Positions 47,741 to 57,639 are shown, counted from the first letter of the stretch. The stretch is 64,000 nt of DNA from Desulfarculia bacterium (GCA_963662305.1 OY759351.1:800396-864395); one strand, 5' to 3'. Translations and numbers: made by a program. Notes: a model not told the origin generated them from the letters alone.

Positions 47741-48912
47741 GGGAGCTTTCCCTTCAGGGCTTCGGTGACCTTCCAGCCGGAGATCCGGCGGCTGGGCAGG
47801 TAGCTGACGATGATCACCGCGGTCATGACCACCAGGACCGTGGTCCCCACCAGGCCCAGGGAGTAGGCCGGGAACAGCCGGGTGGCTATGGCGTAGCCGT
47901 AATCCCCGGTCATGCCGGGCAGGGGGATGCCCTTGCGGGCCGACCAGATCAGCACCGGAATGCCCCAAACGGCCGCCGCAGCCAGGGCCAGGAGGCCGTG
48001 CATGGCCCCCTCCAGGGTGAACAGGGCCACCACCCTGGAACGGACCATGCCCAGAGCCATGAGGGTTCCGATTTCCTTGCGACGCCGGAAGATGGACAGG
48101 ATCTGGGTGTCGAACACGGCCAGCAGGGCCAGGAGCATGAGGATGGCGTACATGAAGGATGAGGCGATCCGCTTGGAGTTGACCATCTCGGTCAGGTCTT
48201 TCATCAGCCGGGCTTGGCTCCTGAAGGCCCAGCCCTCGGGGCGGGGCGGGGTTTTCACCTCCGGGCTGACTATGATGAGGGTGGCCTCGCCCGGCAGGGC
48301 GGCCATCTCCTCCAGCCTCTTGCGGGAGATCCAGATCTGGCCCCGGTCCACGGTGGAGACGTTGGTCTCCATGATCCGGACCACCTCCGCGTCAAGGGCA
48401 TCGAAGGTCCCTTGGGCGTCCCGCCAGCGCACGGTAAAGCGGCTGCCCTTGCGGAGGGAGTTTTTTTGGGCCATGGTTTTGCCGATCAGGACCGGCAGGG
48501 TCTCGCCCTCTTGGTCCAGTTCCGCGGTGGGCAGGCCCAGGATCTTCTGGCCGGGATCGATGCCCTTGATCAAAACCGACTGCATCCGCCCGCCGGGGTA
48601 GGCGCTGCCCTGGCGGATCAGGACAGGGGCGGCCAGGCCCTGCTCCCCCAGAGCTTCCAACTCCGGGGGGACCGGGCCGTGGCTCTCATCCAGGGTCAGG
48701 GGGTCGTAGGGATCGTAGCCCCGGTGCCGGAATTGGCCCCCGGCCACCTCGTCCCGGATCATGTCCCGGCTGGCCTGGGCGTACATTCCGTTGAACAACC
48801 CCTGGTGCCAGATGATCAGGACGTAGATGAAGGACAGGACCCCCACGTTCAGCCAGGTCCGCAGCCCGGCCCCGGCCAGGTTGCGCCAGGCCAGTTTCAG
48901 GGCCACTCTCAT
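47737..48912 (-). CDS. ABC transporter permease (FtsX/MacB-like)
   Basis: Same architecture as its neighbour. ATGA overlap with the ATPase stop. Confidence 0.85.
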   Translation of the reverse strand: MRVALKLAWRNLAGAGLRTWLNVGVLSFIYVLIIWHQGLFNGMYAQASRDMIRDEVAGGQFRHRGYDPYDPLTLDESHGPVPPELEALGEQGLAAPVLIRQGSAYPGGRMQSVLIKGIDPGQKILGLPTAELDQEGETLPVLIGKTMAQKNSLRKGSRFTVRWRDAQGTFDALDAEVVRIMETNVSTVDRGQIWISRKRLEEMAALPGEATLIIVSPEVKTPPRPEGWAFRSQARLMKDLTEMVNSKRIASSFMYAILMLLALLAVFDTQILSIFRRRKEIGTLMALGMVRSRVVALFTLEGAMHGLLALAAAAVWGIPVLIWSARKGIPLPGMTGDYGYAIATRLFPAYSLGLVGTTVLVVMTAVIIVSYLPSRRISGWKVTEALKGKLP

Positions 48913-49613
48913 GCCGCCTCCCCCGCCCTCTGATCCGAGACCACCCGGCCGTCCTCCAGGGTTATCTTGCGCTGAAGGTACTTGATCACCTTGTCGTCGT
49001 GGGTGGCGAAGAGAAAGGTGGTTCCAAGCTCTTGGTTAAGGGCGGCCATGGTCTGGAGGATGTGGTGGGAGTTTTCCGCGTCCAGGTTGGCCGTGGGCTC
49101 GTCGGCCAGGACCAGCTCCGGCTTCTTGACCATGGCCCGGGCAATGGCCACCCGTTGGCACTCGCCGCCGGAGAGCCGGGCCGGTCTCATATTCTTTTTA
49201 TCCAACAGGCCCACCCATTCCAGGGCCTGGAGGACCATCCGCCGCCGGGCCCCGCTCTCCGTCTTCAGCAGGAGCAGGGGGAACTCCACGTTCTCGAACA
49301 CGGTGTAGACCGGCAGGAGGTTGTAGGTCTGGAAGATGAAGCCCATATGGCGGTTTCTTAAGTTTGCGGCCCGGCGCTGGGACAGCTCCCCCACGGAACT
49401 CCCCAGGACCGTGACCTCCCCCTCGGTGGGCGCGTCCAGGGAGCCCACGATGTTCAGGAGGGTGGTCTTGCCCGAACCGCTGGGCCCCACCAGCCCGGCG
49501 AATTCGCCCCTGGCAAAGCACAGGTCGATCCCGTCCAGGGCGGTGAAGAACCCCCCGCCCACGGGAAAGCGCTTGATCAGATGTTCGATCCGGATAATTG
49601 CCGGGGCATCCAT
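48909..49613 (-). CDS. ABC transporter ATP-binding protein (LolD/MacB-type)
   Basis: Walker A GPSGSGKTT, signature LSGGECQRV, Walker B LVLADEP. Start trimmed to 49613. Confidence 0.9.
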   Translation of the reverse strand: MDAPAIIRIEHLIKRFPVGGGFFTALDGIDLCFARGEFAGLVGPSGSGKTTLLNIVGSLDAPTEGEVTVLGSSVGELSQRRAANLRNRHMGFIFQTYNLLPVYTVFENVEFPLLLLKTESGARRRMVLQALEWVGLLDKKNMRPARLSGGECQRVAIARAMVKKPELVLADEPTANLDAENSHHILQTMAALNQELGTTFLFATHDDKVIKYLQRKITLEDGRVVSDQRAGEAA

Positions 49614-49851
49614 GGTTCCCTTCCTCGTGGGTATTGATGGAGCTATTGCCAGAATAAGGTTCCGATGCAAAGGCGATATGCGGTGTGGGGGTCATCCCCC
49701 GCCGTTCGAATCAAAGCATATTTACGACGTTTGCTCCAGCCGTGGTGAAGACCGTCGGTCTCCGGCTGAGCGCCACATAGTGGTATCTGACGGCAGACCG
49801 CTTCCGGCGCTGCAATAAAGATAAAGAGCTCCCTTCCGCTTTTTTTGCCGT

Positions 49852-51240
49852 TCAGCCGGATAGCGGCAGCTCCATCCGGACGGAGAAGATCCCCGCCCCA
49901 TAATCGGCTCCGACCCGGCCGCCGTGCTTGGCCGCGATCTTCCTGACAATGGCCAGCCCCAGCCCGGTTCCTCCGCCCGCGCTCCGCTCGCTCTTGTGAA
50001 AGGGCTCGAAGATCTCCTCCAGGCTCAGGGGAGGCGGTCCGGCCAGGGTATTGGAGAAGCTCAGCGCCAGATTGCTCCCTTGTCGGTATACCCCCACCTC
50101 CACCCTGCCGCCCTGGGGGGTGAACTTGACCGCGTTGTCAACCAGGTTGGAGACAGCCGCGGCCAGGGCCTGGGAGTCCAAAAAGACCGGCCCCGGCCGG
50201 TCGAACCGGGTGACCAGCTCCAATCCGCGGTGCCGGATAAGGGGGGCGAACCGCTCTAGGACCTCCTCCACCAGCTCCACCGGGTCCAGCTCCATCATCC
50301 GGAGGGGCTCCTCGGAGAGATCCATCTTGGAGAGGATCATTATCCGCTCGATAATCCGGTCCTGCTCCTCGATGTCCTCCTTGATGTCGTCCAGGTGGGT
50401 TGCCAGGCCTTGACACCCCTCCTGGTCGGCCTTTCTCCGGATCAGCTCCTCGGCCACCCTGATCCGGGCCAGGGGGCTGCGCAGCTCGTGGGAGACGTTG
50501 GCGGTCAGCTCCTTGCCGCCCCTGATCATCTCCTCCAACCGGTCGGCCATGTGGTTGAAGGCCCGGCTCAGTTGGCCGATCTCATCCCTGGAATCGACCA
50601 GGGCCCGGTGGGAGAGTTCGCCGTCGGCGATGCGCACGGCAGAGCGGCGGAGGCGGTTGACCGGTCTGGTGATGAGCCGGGAGACGGGGAGGGTCAGCAG
50701 GGCCACCATGGCTCCGATGACGATAAGGCCCAGGAGGAAGGCCCCCTCATGCCCCGGCGAGGGGGGCGCCCGGAAGACGATATGGAGCTTCCCCGGCCGA
50801 CCTCCGGGCAGGGTCAGGGGGCCCTGGGCGTAAAACTCCCAGGGCAAGCGGCGGTTTTTGCGCAGCTCCACCCGGTCCGTCCTTGAGACCGGAAGCCCCC
50901 GGCAAAAGGAATCCTTGGCCGGAAGTTCTCCCGCAAAGGACTTGGCCACCAAGACTCCGGCCTCGTCCTCGATCCACAGGCGGGCCTTGTAGATCTCCCC
51001 GATGCGGGCCAGCGGCCGGGACAAGTCCTCCACCGCCGGGGGGCCGCCGCCCCCGTCTCCGATCAGGTTTTCCAGGTAGAGCCCGGCCATCTCCGCCTTG
51101 GCCACGGTGTAACCCTCGAATTTTTCCTTGAAATGACGCCCGGCCCCGAACACGAACAGGGCCATGATCAGGATCTCGGTGAGGATGAGGATCCCCAGGA
51201 AGGAGAGGAAGATCTTCAGGTACAGACTCTTGAGCCTCAT
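49852..51240 (-). CDS. Sensor histidine kinase (HAMP-HisKA-HATPase)
   Basis: H-box SHELRSPL, two TM helices, and a G-box GTGLGLAIV. Confidence 0.9.
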   Translation of the reverse strand: MRLKSLYLKIFLSFLGILILTEILIMALFVFGAGRHFKEKFEGYTVAKAEMAGLYLENLIGDGGGGPPAVEDLSRPLARIGEIYKARLWIEDEAGVLVAKSFAGELPAKDSFCRGLPVSRTDRVELRKNRRLPWEFYAQGPLTLPGGRPGKLHIVFRAPPSPGHEGAFLLGLIVIGAMVALLTLPVSRLITRPVNRLRRSAVRIADGELSHRALVDSRDEIGQLSRAFNHMADRLEEMIRGGKELTANVSHELRSPLARIRVAEELIRRKADQEGCQGLATHLDDIKEDIEEQDRIIERIMILSKMDLSEEPLRMMELDPVELVEEVLERFAPLIRHRGLELVTRFDRPGPVFLDSQALAAAVSNLVDNAVKFTPQGGRVEVGVYRQGSNLALSFSNTLAGPPPLSLEEIFEPFHKSERSAGGGTGLGLAIVRKIAAKHGGRVGADYGAGIFSVRMELPLSG

Positions 51241-51941
51241 GGTATCTCCTGAAGCAGATAGCCGGCGCCCCAGACGGTTTTGATGGCTTTGCGGAAACGG
51301 GGAAAGGCTTTGAGCTTGGCCCTGAGGTTGCTGATGTGCACGTCGACGGAGCGGTCGAAAGCCATGAAGTCGCGGCCCCGGGCCGCATTGAGCAGCTGAT
51401 CGCGGGTGAAGACCGTCTCCGGGCGGGTCATCAGGGCCTCCATGATCCGGTACTCCGTGGCGGAAAGCTCCAACTCCCGCTCTTCCACGATCAACAACCT
51501 TCTGGCCCGGTCCAGCATCAGGCCGCCGACCCGCAGAGCCCGGTCCTGGGCCTCCCGGCCGACATCCTCCGGTTCCGCCTGGGCCCGGCGCATGACCGCC
51601 CTGATCCGGGCCAGGAGCTCCCTGGGGTTGAAGGGCTTGGACAGATAATCGTCCGCCCCCAGCTCCAGCCCCACGATCCGGTCGGCGTCCTCCCCTTTGG
51701 CGGTGAGCATGATCACCGGGGTCTTGGACTCGGCCCTCAATTCGGCCAGCACGTCCAACCCGTTCTTCTCGGGCAGCATGATATCCAAAACCACCAGGTC
51801 TGGTTTCAGCTCCGCGACCTTCTGCGGAACTCCAGCCCCGTCATGGAGGGACTCCACCTCAAAGCCGTAACCCTCCAGGTACTCCCTGAGCAGACCCTGG
51901 AGCTTGAGGTCGTCGTCCACCAGGAGCAGCTTGGATGCCAT
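51237..51941 (-). CDS. OmpR-family response regulator
   Basis: Receiver LLLVDDD..D..LP and a winged-helix C-terminus. ATG 51941 preferred (alternative 51956). Confidence 0.9.
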   Translation of the reverse strand: MASKLLLVDDDLKLQGLLREYLEGYGFEVESLHDGAGVPQKVAELKPDLVVLDIMLPEKNGLDVLAELRAESKTPVIMLTAKGEDADRIVGLELGADDYLSKPFNPRELLARIRAVMRRAQAEPEDVGREAQDRALRVGGLMLDRARRLLIVEERELELSATEYRIMEALMTRPETVFTRDQLLNAARGRDFMAFDRSVDVHISNLRAKLKAFPRFRKAIKTVWGAGYLLQEIP

Positions 51942-51970
51942 GTCTAGCCCCGCCATTGTTTAGCTATTAT

Positions 51971-53582
51971 CCGAGATTACCCCGCAAACACGTTCCCAAC
52001 CTATCAACAGTCCATTTTAACCGTTCCCGCAGCTCAAATTCAGCCCCAAGCCTTCGACTCTGATGAAACTCAGCTTTTTTCCATCCCTCCGAGTCGCCAT
52101 GCAGGCTAAATGGCCGAGTCTGAGCGTACCTCACCATTTACTAATCAGTCAACCGCTCGGTACTCGAAGGCTGTCATCCAAAAACCGCTTCATATTGTCG
52201 GACCAATGGGAAGGCCGAAGCTACGTGAACTTGCCACCTCCGGCCATGGTAGGCCACTTTGGCTCCAACCTTGACCAGCCGCTTGATGATCCATTCCATG
52301 GACCGTCGGACCTCCTCGCCCTTGAGATAGAAGGACCGGAACATGTGTAGAAGGTTGTAGGCGATGACCCCCATGAAAAGCCTGACCTGGTTGGCCTCGA
52401 ACCGGTGGCAGCTGGTCTTGTCCCAGCGAAGGGTGTTCTTGCCCTCCTTGATCCGATTCTCCACTTCACCACGGCCATTGTATACCTTGACCACCTTGGC
52501 CTTGGACAGCCTGGAGTTGGTAACAATGAAGTTGACCCTGGGGAAGAGTTCCCCTTGATGCCACTCGATTTTGCAGATCACCCGGCGAGGCTTTTTCCAG
52601 CTCTTGGCCTGATAATGGAAATCAACGAATTTGACCTGAATCCCGCTCTTGGGTGGTCTGCCCACTGGACGCCGAAGATGGGGCTTGACCAGCCTTTGTA
52701 GATTCTGGTTAGCCGGTAAGCGGATGAAGTAGGTGACTCGATTCAGGGGATCCTCGCAGAACTCGTAAATCTTCGGATCAGCAAAGGCGGCGTCACCCCT
52801 AAACCAGAATAGATGAAACCAGGAACGGTAACGCTCAACAAGGGGCTTGAACAGATCCAGCGTTCCATCGGCCGAATGAACGTTGCCCGGCCTAAGGTTG
52901 GCCGCCAGGCAGTCGCCTTCGCTGGTGAAACCAAACAGGGGATGAAAGCAGTTCTTCCCGAAATGGCCGTTGTAGACGACGTTCTCTTGCTTCCCATGGG
53001 CTGGGTCTTCGGTTGAGTCGAAATCAACTATCAGTCTCCGTTTGTTCTTTCTCCGAAGCAAAGCGTCCGCTGAACGACTCAAGGCTTTTTCCAGGGCCAT
53101 AAGACCTTGGCCGTTGCCCAGGTAATCGTTCTCCAGCTTGGACATCATCGACTGACCGGCGCACTGCTTGTGATCTTTGCCGATAGCCAAGCGAAGAGCG
53201 GGATCGATCCTTAATTGATCGGCGTCTATACAATCCTCGTACCCGGCGGCAATCTGGTAAACCCTCTGCCTGATCATCTCGACCATGGAATGCCTGAGGT
53301 GAACCGGCGATCTTGGATCATCAATTTCACCGCCCATAGGGGATGTCACCTTGAACCGTTCGTCAATCTCTCTCACGACCAGGAACCAGGCATCAGAGGT
53401 GATCTTGGCTCCAAGGAAATCGATTAGAATGGATCGATTGAATTCTGGCCGAATGATATGTTCTTGAGCTTCACCATTACCGTGCATCTTTAAAGTCTGC
53501 CCCCTGAACGGTTTGGCTCATCATATCAGCTTGTTACGCCAAATGTTGTATCTTTCCGATCAACTCTGCCGGGTAATTCAGG
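51971..53582 (-). mobile_element. IS1380-family insertion sequence (about 1.6 kb)
   Basis: Candidate imperfect terminal inverted repeats ccgagattaccccgcaaacacg (51971-51992) and caactctgccgggtaattcagg (53561-53582). They match at 14 of 22 positions by eye and both start with CC. Visibly lower GC. Flanks TTAT/TTAA are not a clean target duplication. Confidence 0.6.
52174..53487 (-). CDS. IS1380-family DDE transposase
   Basis: The N-terminal pattern FLGAKITSDAWFLVVREIDERF and overall length resemble IS1380/ISEcp1-type transposases. Confidence 0.8.
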   Translation of the reverse strand: MHGNGEAQEHIIRPEFNRSILIDFLGAKITSDAWFLVVREIDERFKVTSPMGGEIDDPRSPVHLRHSMVEMIRQRVYQIAAGYEDCIDADQLRIDPALRLAIGKDHKQCAGQSMMSKLENDYLGNGQGLMALEKALSRSADALLRRKNKRRLIVDFDSTEDPAHGKQENVVYNGHFGKNCFHPLFGFTSEGDCLAANLRPGNVHSADGTLDLFKPLVERYRSWFHLFWFRGDAAFADPKIYEFCEDPLNRVTYFIRLPANQNLQRLVKPHLRRPVGRPPKSGIQVKFVDFHYQAKSWKKPRRVICKIEWHQGELFPRVNFIVTNSRLSKAKVVKVYNGRGEVENRIKEGKNTLRWDKTSCHRFEANQVRLFMGVIAYNLLHMFRSFYLKGEEVRRSMEWIIKRLVKVGAKVAYHGRRWQVHVASAFPLVRQYEAVFG

Positions 53583-53740
53583 TTAATAACAATCTCCGGC
53601 CCCATATAAACCACTTTTACACAAATTTTACAATTCGGCCCCCGCCCCCAAAACTTTTCTTACCGTCCGGCCCTATCCTCAGAAACAGAGAAGACCGGGT
53701 ATTTCCCGAAAAGAAGATTGAAAGTGAAAGGAGAAAAGAG

Positions 53741-54235
53741 ATGACCAGAGGTAGGAAGGCGGCCGCGCTGGGGGGGGTGTTCTTGCTGGCCGGACTGGTG
53801 GCGGCGGGGTTGGCCCTGGGAGCGGCCTACGATAATTCTCCCTTTAAGCGGGGGCCGGAGTTTTTTCTGGAAAGGATGGACGGGAAGGTGAAGGAGCTGA
53901 ACCTGAACGATTCCCAGAAAGAGAAATTTGCGGAGATCAGAGTCCGGATCGAGAAGTCCATGGAGTCGGGCCGGGAAGAGGGCCGGGCGTTTTTCGAGAA
54001 GCTCAAGACCGAGCTGAACAGGGACGCCCCGGACATGAAGGCGGTGGCCGCCCTGATAAAAACCCAGATGGGCCGGTTCCAGGATCGGGTCGGCCTGGGG
54101 GTTGACCACTTCGTGGAATTTTACGGTATCCTGGACGCCGAGCAGAAAGAACAGGTCCTGGCCAAGGCCCGGGAGCATCTGGAAAAACCCCATCGCCCCG
54201 GACATCCGGGCCCCTGGGGCGGAAAGACGGAATGA
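53741..54235 (+). CDS. Spy/CpxP-family periplasmic protein
   Basis: Membrane-anchor/signal region and LTxxQ-like motifs LNDSQ and LDAEQ. Start trimmed to 53741 (AAAGGAG RBS). Confidence 0.65.
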   Translation: MTRGRKAAALGGVFLLAGLVAAGLALGAAYDNSPFKRGPEFFLERMDGKVKELNLNDSQKEKFAEIRVRIEKSMESGREEGRAFFEKLKTELNRDAPDMKAVAALIKTQMGRFQDRVGLGVDHFVEFYGILDAEQKEQVLAKAREHLEKPHRPGHPGPWGGKTE

Positions 54236-54267
54236 CAGAGAGCTGAAAGCCTATGGGGGGGTTAGCT

Positions 54268-54972
54268 ATGGCCGAGATAACCAGGCGTAAATTCATGGGC
54301 GACGGCGCCGTCCTCCTGGGGTCGGCGGTTCTTACCGCCTCTGCCGGCGGGGCCCTGCTGCCCCTGCCGGCCGGAGCGGCCGGGGTCGACTTTCCCGAGT
54401 CCAACTGCGGCCCGGCGAATGGGGACCGGAGGTCCATCCTGGTGGCCTACGCCAGCATGAGCGGCTCCACCGGGGAGGTGGCTGGGGCCGTGGGCCGGGC
54501 CCTGTGCGGCCCGAACATCACCGTGGACATCCGCCTGATCGGAAAGGTAACGGATATCTCCACCTACGACGCGGTGATAATCGGCAGCGCCATCCGCAGC
54601 AGCAGGTGGCTTCCCGAGGCCGAGAGCTTTCTGCGGGAGAACAGGAAGAGGCTGCGAAACCTTCCGGTGGCCTATTTTCTATCCTGCCTGACCCTGGCCA
54701 AACCGGGGGAGGAGCCCCGCAGGATGGCCCGGGCCATGATGGAGCCCTTGCTGAAGGAGGTGCCGGAGGTCAGACCGCTGGGGCTGGGCCTTTTCGCCGG
54801 CGTGCTGGATTATTCCAAATTCGGATTCGGAATGAGAACGGTCCTGAGATACAAGATGTGGTCGAAAGGGGTCAGGGAGGGAGATTACCGCGACTGGACG
54901 GCCATAAGGAAGTGGGCCCTGAGCTTAGGCCCCCTGATCGACGTATCTCGGGAGAAAGCGAGGGCCGCCTGA
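54268..54972 (+). CDS. Flavodoxin-like protein with twin-arginine signal
   Basis: Tat motif TRRKFM followed by a hydrophobic stretch. Flavodoxin-like ILVAYASMSGSTGE. An alternative start at 54253 is possible. Confidence 0.7.
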   Translation: MAEITRRKFMGDGAVLLGSAVLTASAGGALLPLPAGAAGVDFPESNCGPANGDRRSILVAYASMSGSTGEVAGAVGRALCGPNITVDIRLIGKVTDISTYDAVIIGSAIRSSRWLPEAESFLRENRKRLRNLPVAYFLSCLTLAKPGEEPRRMARAMMEPLLKEVPEVRPLGLGLFAGVLDYSKFGFGMRTVLRYKMWSKGVREGDYRDWTAIRKWALSLGPLIDVSREKARAA

Positions 54973-55900
54973 GATAATCCGGCCTCGACGTACCGCAAAG
55001 GGGCTGCCCGGTTTTACCGCGGCGGCCCCTTTGCGGAGGGACTCATGGGCGGGTGTCTGGCCGACCCGCAATCACCCCTGTTTTTTCACCGCTTCAGTCC
55101 ACTGCGGAAGTTAGATAAAAAGGCGGGAAAACCTTCTATAACAAAATCGGTTTGGGCGTCAGGGTTATATCCGCGACCTACAATCGGGAACAAACACCTG
55201 ACCACCACTCCGGCCTCTGGCGCCGGGGGCCTCCTCAGACAGATCTCCGACCTGGATGGATGTTAGAACGGGGCCGGCTTTCCATTCTCAAATCGGACTC
55301 CGGAAGAGCGGCTCCAATCCTGCCACAGAATCGGAAAATTGATGCGATCGGGTATGCCGTTTTCTTTGGCTTCGACCTCCCATCCAATTCTGATAAAGCC
55401 TGAGATCGGTCAAACCGAAGGGATGGCCGGGCCAAAAAATTGGACGTTGTCCTGACCGGAAACAGTTACCGCCCAAAAAGAATATCCAATAGGTTGATAT
55501 TATACCTAATTATATGGGAACAAGGCCAAGCGTACAATGCCGGATAATAAAATATAAATTGTGCAAGCACATACCACTTAATGAAAAAAGCAGTGTCCAA
55601 GGGAATAAGTAAAAATTAATGATAACAACAAAATTAAATAATTATATCAAAATAAAATTAATTTAAGGTCAGCTATATTGACTATTGTAGAATAATGGTA
55701 GGAAAAATGTAAATCAAATATACCATAGCCATCCAGAATAAAATAGTAAGAGATAATGATTATTTTAGGTTTGATGAATTAAAATAAAATATTTGAGATC
55801 ATATTATTTGAGAGGCGGGGCCGAGAGAGGCCGGGAAGAGTTGGTCTGATAAATAGAATAATATTAAATAATGGGACACGATGCCGTTTTGACAAAAATC

Positions 55901-55929
55901 TTGACACTGTTAAAGCCCCAGAGTATAAG
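55901..55929 (+). promoter_or_regulatory. Sigma70-type promoter candidate for the XRE-cupin operon
   Basis: TTGACA (55901-55906), 17-nt spacer, TATAAG (55924-55929). A second TTGACA lies 11 nt upstream. About 50 nt before the ATG at 55982. Confidence 0.45.
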
Positions 55930-55981
55930 TCTACAATTAGTTAATGGCTATTTATCTATGATAGCAGAAAAAGGAGCCGTG

Positions 55982-56503
55982 ATGATCAATCTCGGACAGA
56001 GAATAAGAAAAGAGAGACAAAACAAAGGTTGGTCGCTAAAAAAGTTGTCAAGCTTGATAGATGTGTCAATCATGACTTTGCAAAGGATTGAAACCGGGAA
56101 AGTCAGCCCCTCGGTGGATCTCCTTACCGAAATAGCTTATCAGCTTGGGCTTCCTGTCACGGAATTTGTCAGAGATAAAAACAGAGTGATGGTTCACTTG
56201 AAGGCCGAAGAACTGTCCACCCAGAATGATAGCCTGCAGTCGGGAAGATGCCTCTTCCCGGAGAACACGGTTGCCGAGGGGCTCTCGGTATGGATTAATG
56301 ATCTCGACGCGGGAGGGGTCATAGACTGGGCTTCGGATAAACGATACGAAGGGGCCCATGTTCTGGACGGCCAGGCCGAGATAGAGTTCGACGATAGGAA
56401 AGTCCGGCTTCAGGCCGGGGAGACTATTTACTTTGACGCCAGGTTCAGACAGAAGATCAAGAGCAACAATGGGGTCAAAGCGGTCGTGGTTCTAAAAGGA
56501 TGA
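55982..56503 (+). CDS. XRE-family HTH plus cupin domain regulator
   Basis: HTH_3 pattern LGQRIRKERQNKGWSLKKLS..MTLQRIETGK and a C-terminal cupin beta-barrel. AAAGGAG RBS. Confidence 0.8.
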   Translation: MINLGQRIRKERQNKGWSLKKLSSLIDVSIMTLQRIETGKVSPSVDLLTEIAYQLGLPVTEFVRDKNRVMVHLKAEELSTQNDSLQSGRCLFPENTVAEGLSVWINDLDAGGVIDWASDKRYEGAHVLDGQAEIEFDDRKVRLQAGETIYFDARFRQKIKSNNGVKAVVVLKG

Positions 56504-56513
56504 GGATGTTACA

Positions 56514-57038
56514 ATGAGTTCCAGACTAGGCCATACGATCAGACAGGCCCGGAAAGACCGGGGGTGGTCCTTGAAGACCTTTTCGGAGAAGATCGGTATC
56601 TCCATAATGACTCTTCAGCGGATCGAAACCGGCCAGGTATCCCCCTCCATTAAGTTGATGGTTGAAATCGCGGATACTTTGGGTCGTCCCATAACCGATT
56701 TCATAATGGACAAGGACAGAACCCTGATCAGGCTGAAATCCAGCAGGATTAAGTCTTGGGAGAATGGGACCTTCAACGGACAGGCCATATTTCCCAAGGA
56801 TGTGATCTCGGAAAACCTGGGAATTAATCTGATTGAGATCAAGCCCGGCGGGAACAGCGAGTGGAATCAGGAAGATAACTATAAGGGTTACAACCTGCTG
56901 GAAGGGTCGGCCACCGTTGAGTTCGAAGACAAAAGGGTGGAGCTCGCGGAGGGCGACGCCTTCTATTTCGACGCCCGGCACAAGCACCGCCTGGTCAGCG
57001 ACAGCGGGGGGCAGATGGTTGTGATCTACCGGCGATAG
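56514..57038 (+). CDS. XRE-family HTH plus cupin domain regulator (tandem paralog)
   Basis: LGHTIRQARKDRGWSLKTFS..MTLQRIETGQ with the same architecture as the preceding gene. Confidence 0.8.
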   Translation: MSSRLGHTIRQARKDRGWSLKTFSEKIGISIMTLQRIETGQVSPSIKLMVEIADTLGRPITDFIMDKDRTLIRLKSSRIKSWENGTFNGQAIFPKDVISENLGINLIEIKPGGNSEWNQEDNYKGYNLLEGSATVEFEDKRVELAEGDAFYFDARHKHRLVSDSGGQMVVIYRR

Positions 57039-57041
57039 TCC

Positions 57042-57500
57042 GTGCCTGGAAAAGATATCATATGTCCGGGCTGTGGCCGGCCGGTGAAGACCTATCGGAA
57101 TCCCTTGCCCACGGCTGACGTTATCATCAGCTATTACGCTCAGGACGAACTCAAAGGCGTGGTCCTGGTCAAAAGGAACCGCTCTCCCTTTGGCTGGGCT
57201 CTGCCCGGCGGATTTATCGAATATGGTGAATCGGCGGAAGAGGCGGCTTTACGGGAGGCAAAGGAAGAGACCGGCCTGGAGGTCAGGGGGCTGACCCAGT
57301 TCAGGGTCTACTCCGAACCTGATCGGGACCCCAGGCATCACACCCTAACCGTTGTTTTTTCGGGCTCTGCAGAGGGCCCCCTTCTGGCCGGTGACGATGC
57401 GGCCGAGGCCAGAGTTTTCGCCTGGTCGGAGATTCCCTCCAATCTCTGCTTTGACCATGCCCAGATTCTTGAGGATTATGGTGCCCAAAACTTGACCTAA
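57042..57500 (+). CDS. NUDIX hydrolase with N-terminal CxxC
   Basis: Nudix box GGFIEYGESAEEAALREAKEETGL. GTG start 3 nt after the upstream stop. Confidence 0.85.
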   Translation: MPGKDIICPGCGRPVKTYRNPLPTADVIISYYAQDELKGVVLVKRNRSPFGWALPGGFIEYGESAEEAALREAKEETGLEVRGLTQFRVYSEPDRDPRHHTLTVVFSGSAEGPLLAGDDAAEARVFAWSEIPSNLCFDHAQILEDYGAQNLT

Positions 57501-57562
57501 GTGTGGACGGGAGGCCATTGAGACTTGCTGAACCGGGCAGGTTGTGTTACTAATCTACCCAC

Positions 57563-57639
57563 GCGCCCGTAGCTCAATTGGATAGAGTGCCGGACTACGA
57601 ATCCGTAGGTTGCAAGTTCGAATCTTGCCGGGCGCGCCA
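57563..57639 (+). tRNA. tRNA-Arg (anticodon ACG)
   Basis: Manual cloverleaf: acceptor GCGCCCG/CGGGCGC, D-arm GCTC..GAGT, anticodon loop CTACGAA, T-arm GCAAG-TTCGAAT-CTTGC, encoded CCA. Very similar to E. coli tRNA-Arg(ACG). Confidence 0.9.

Noticed and set aside
51957-53740. Clean target-site duplication for the IS1380 element, and an alternative inverted-repeat pair (aaccgttc at about 52019 and about 53505).
   Set aside because: The flanks read TTAT and TTAA, which are not identical. The alternative pair matches only 8 nt and would place the repeat 10 nt from the transposase start. Only the 51971/53582 ends are reported, as provisional.
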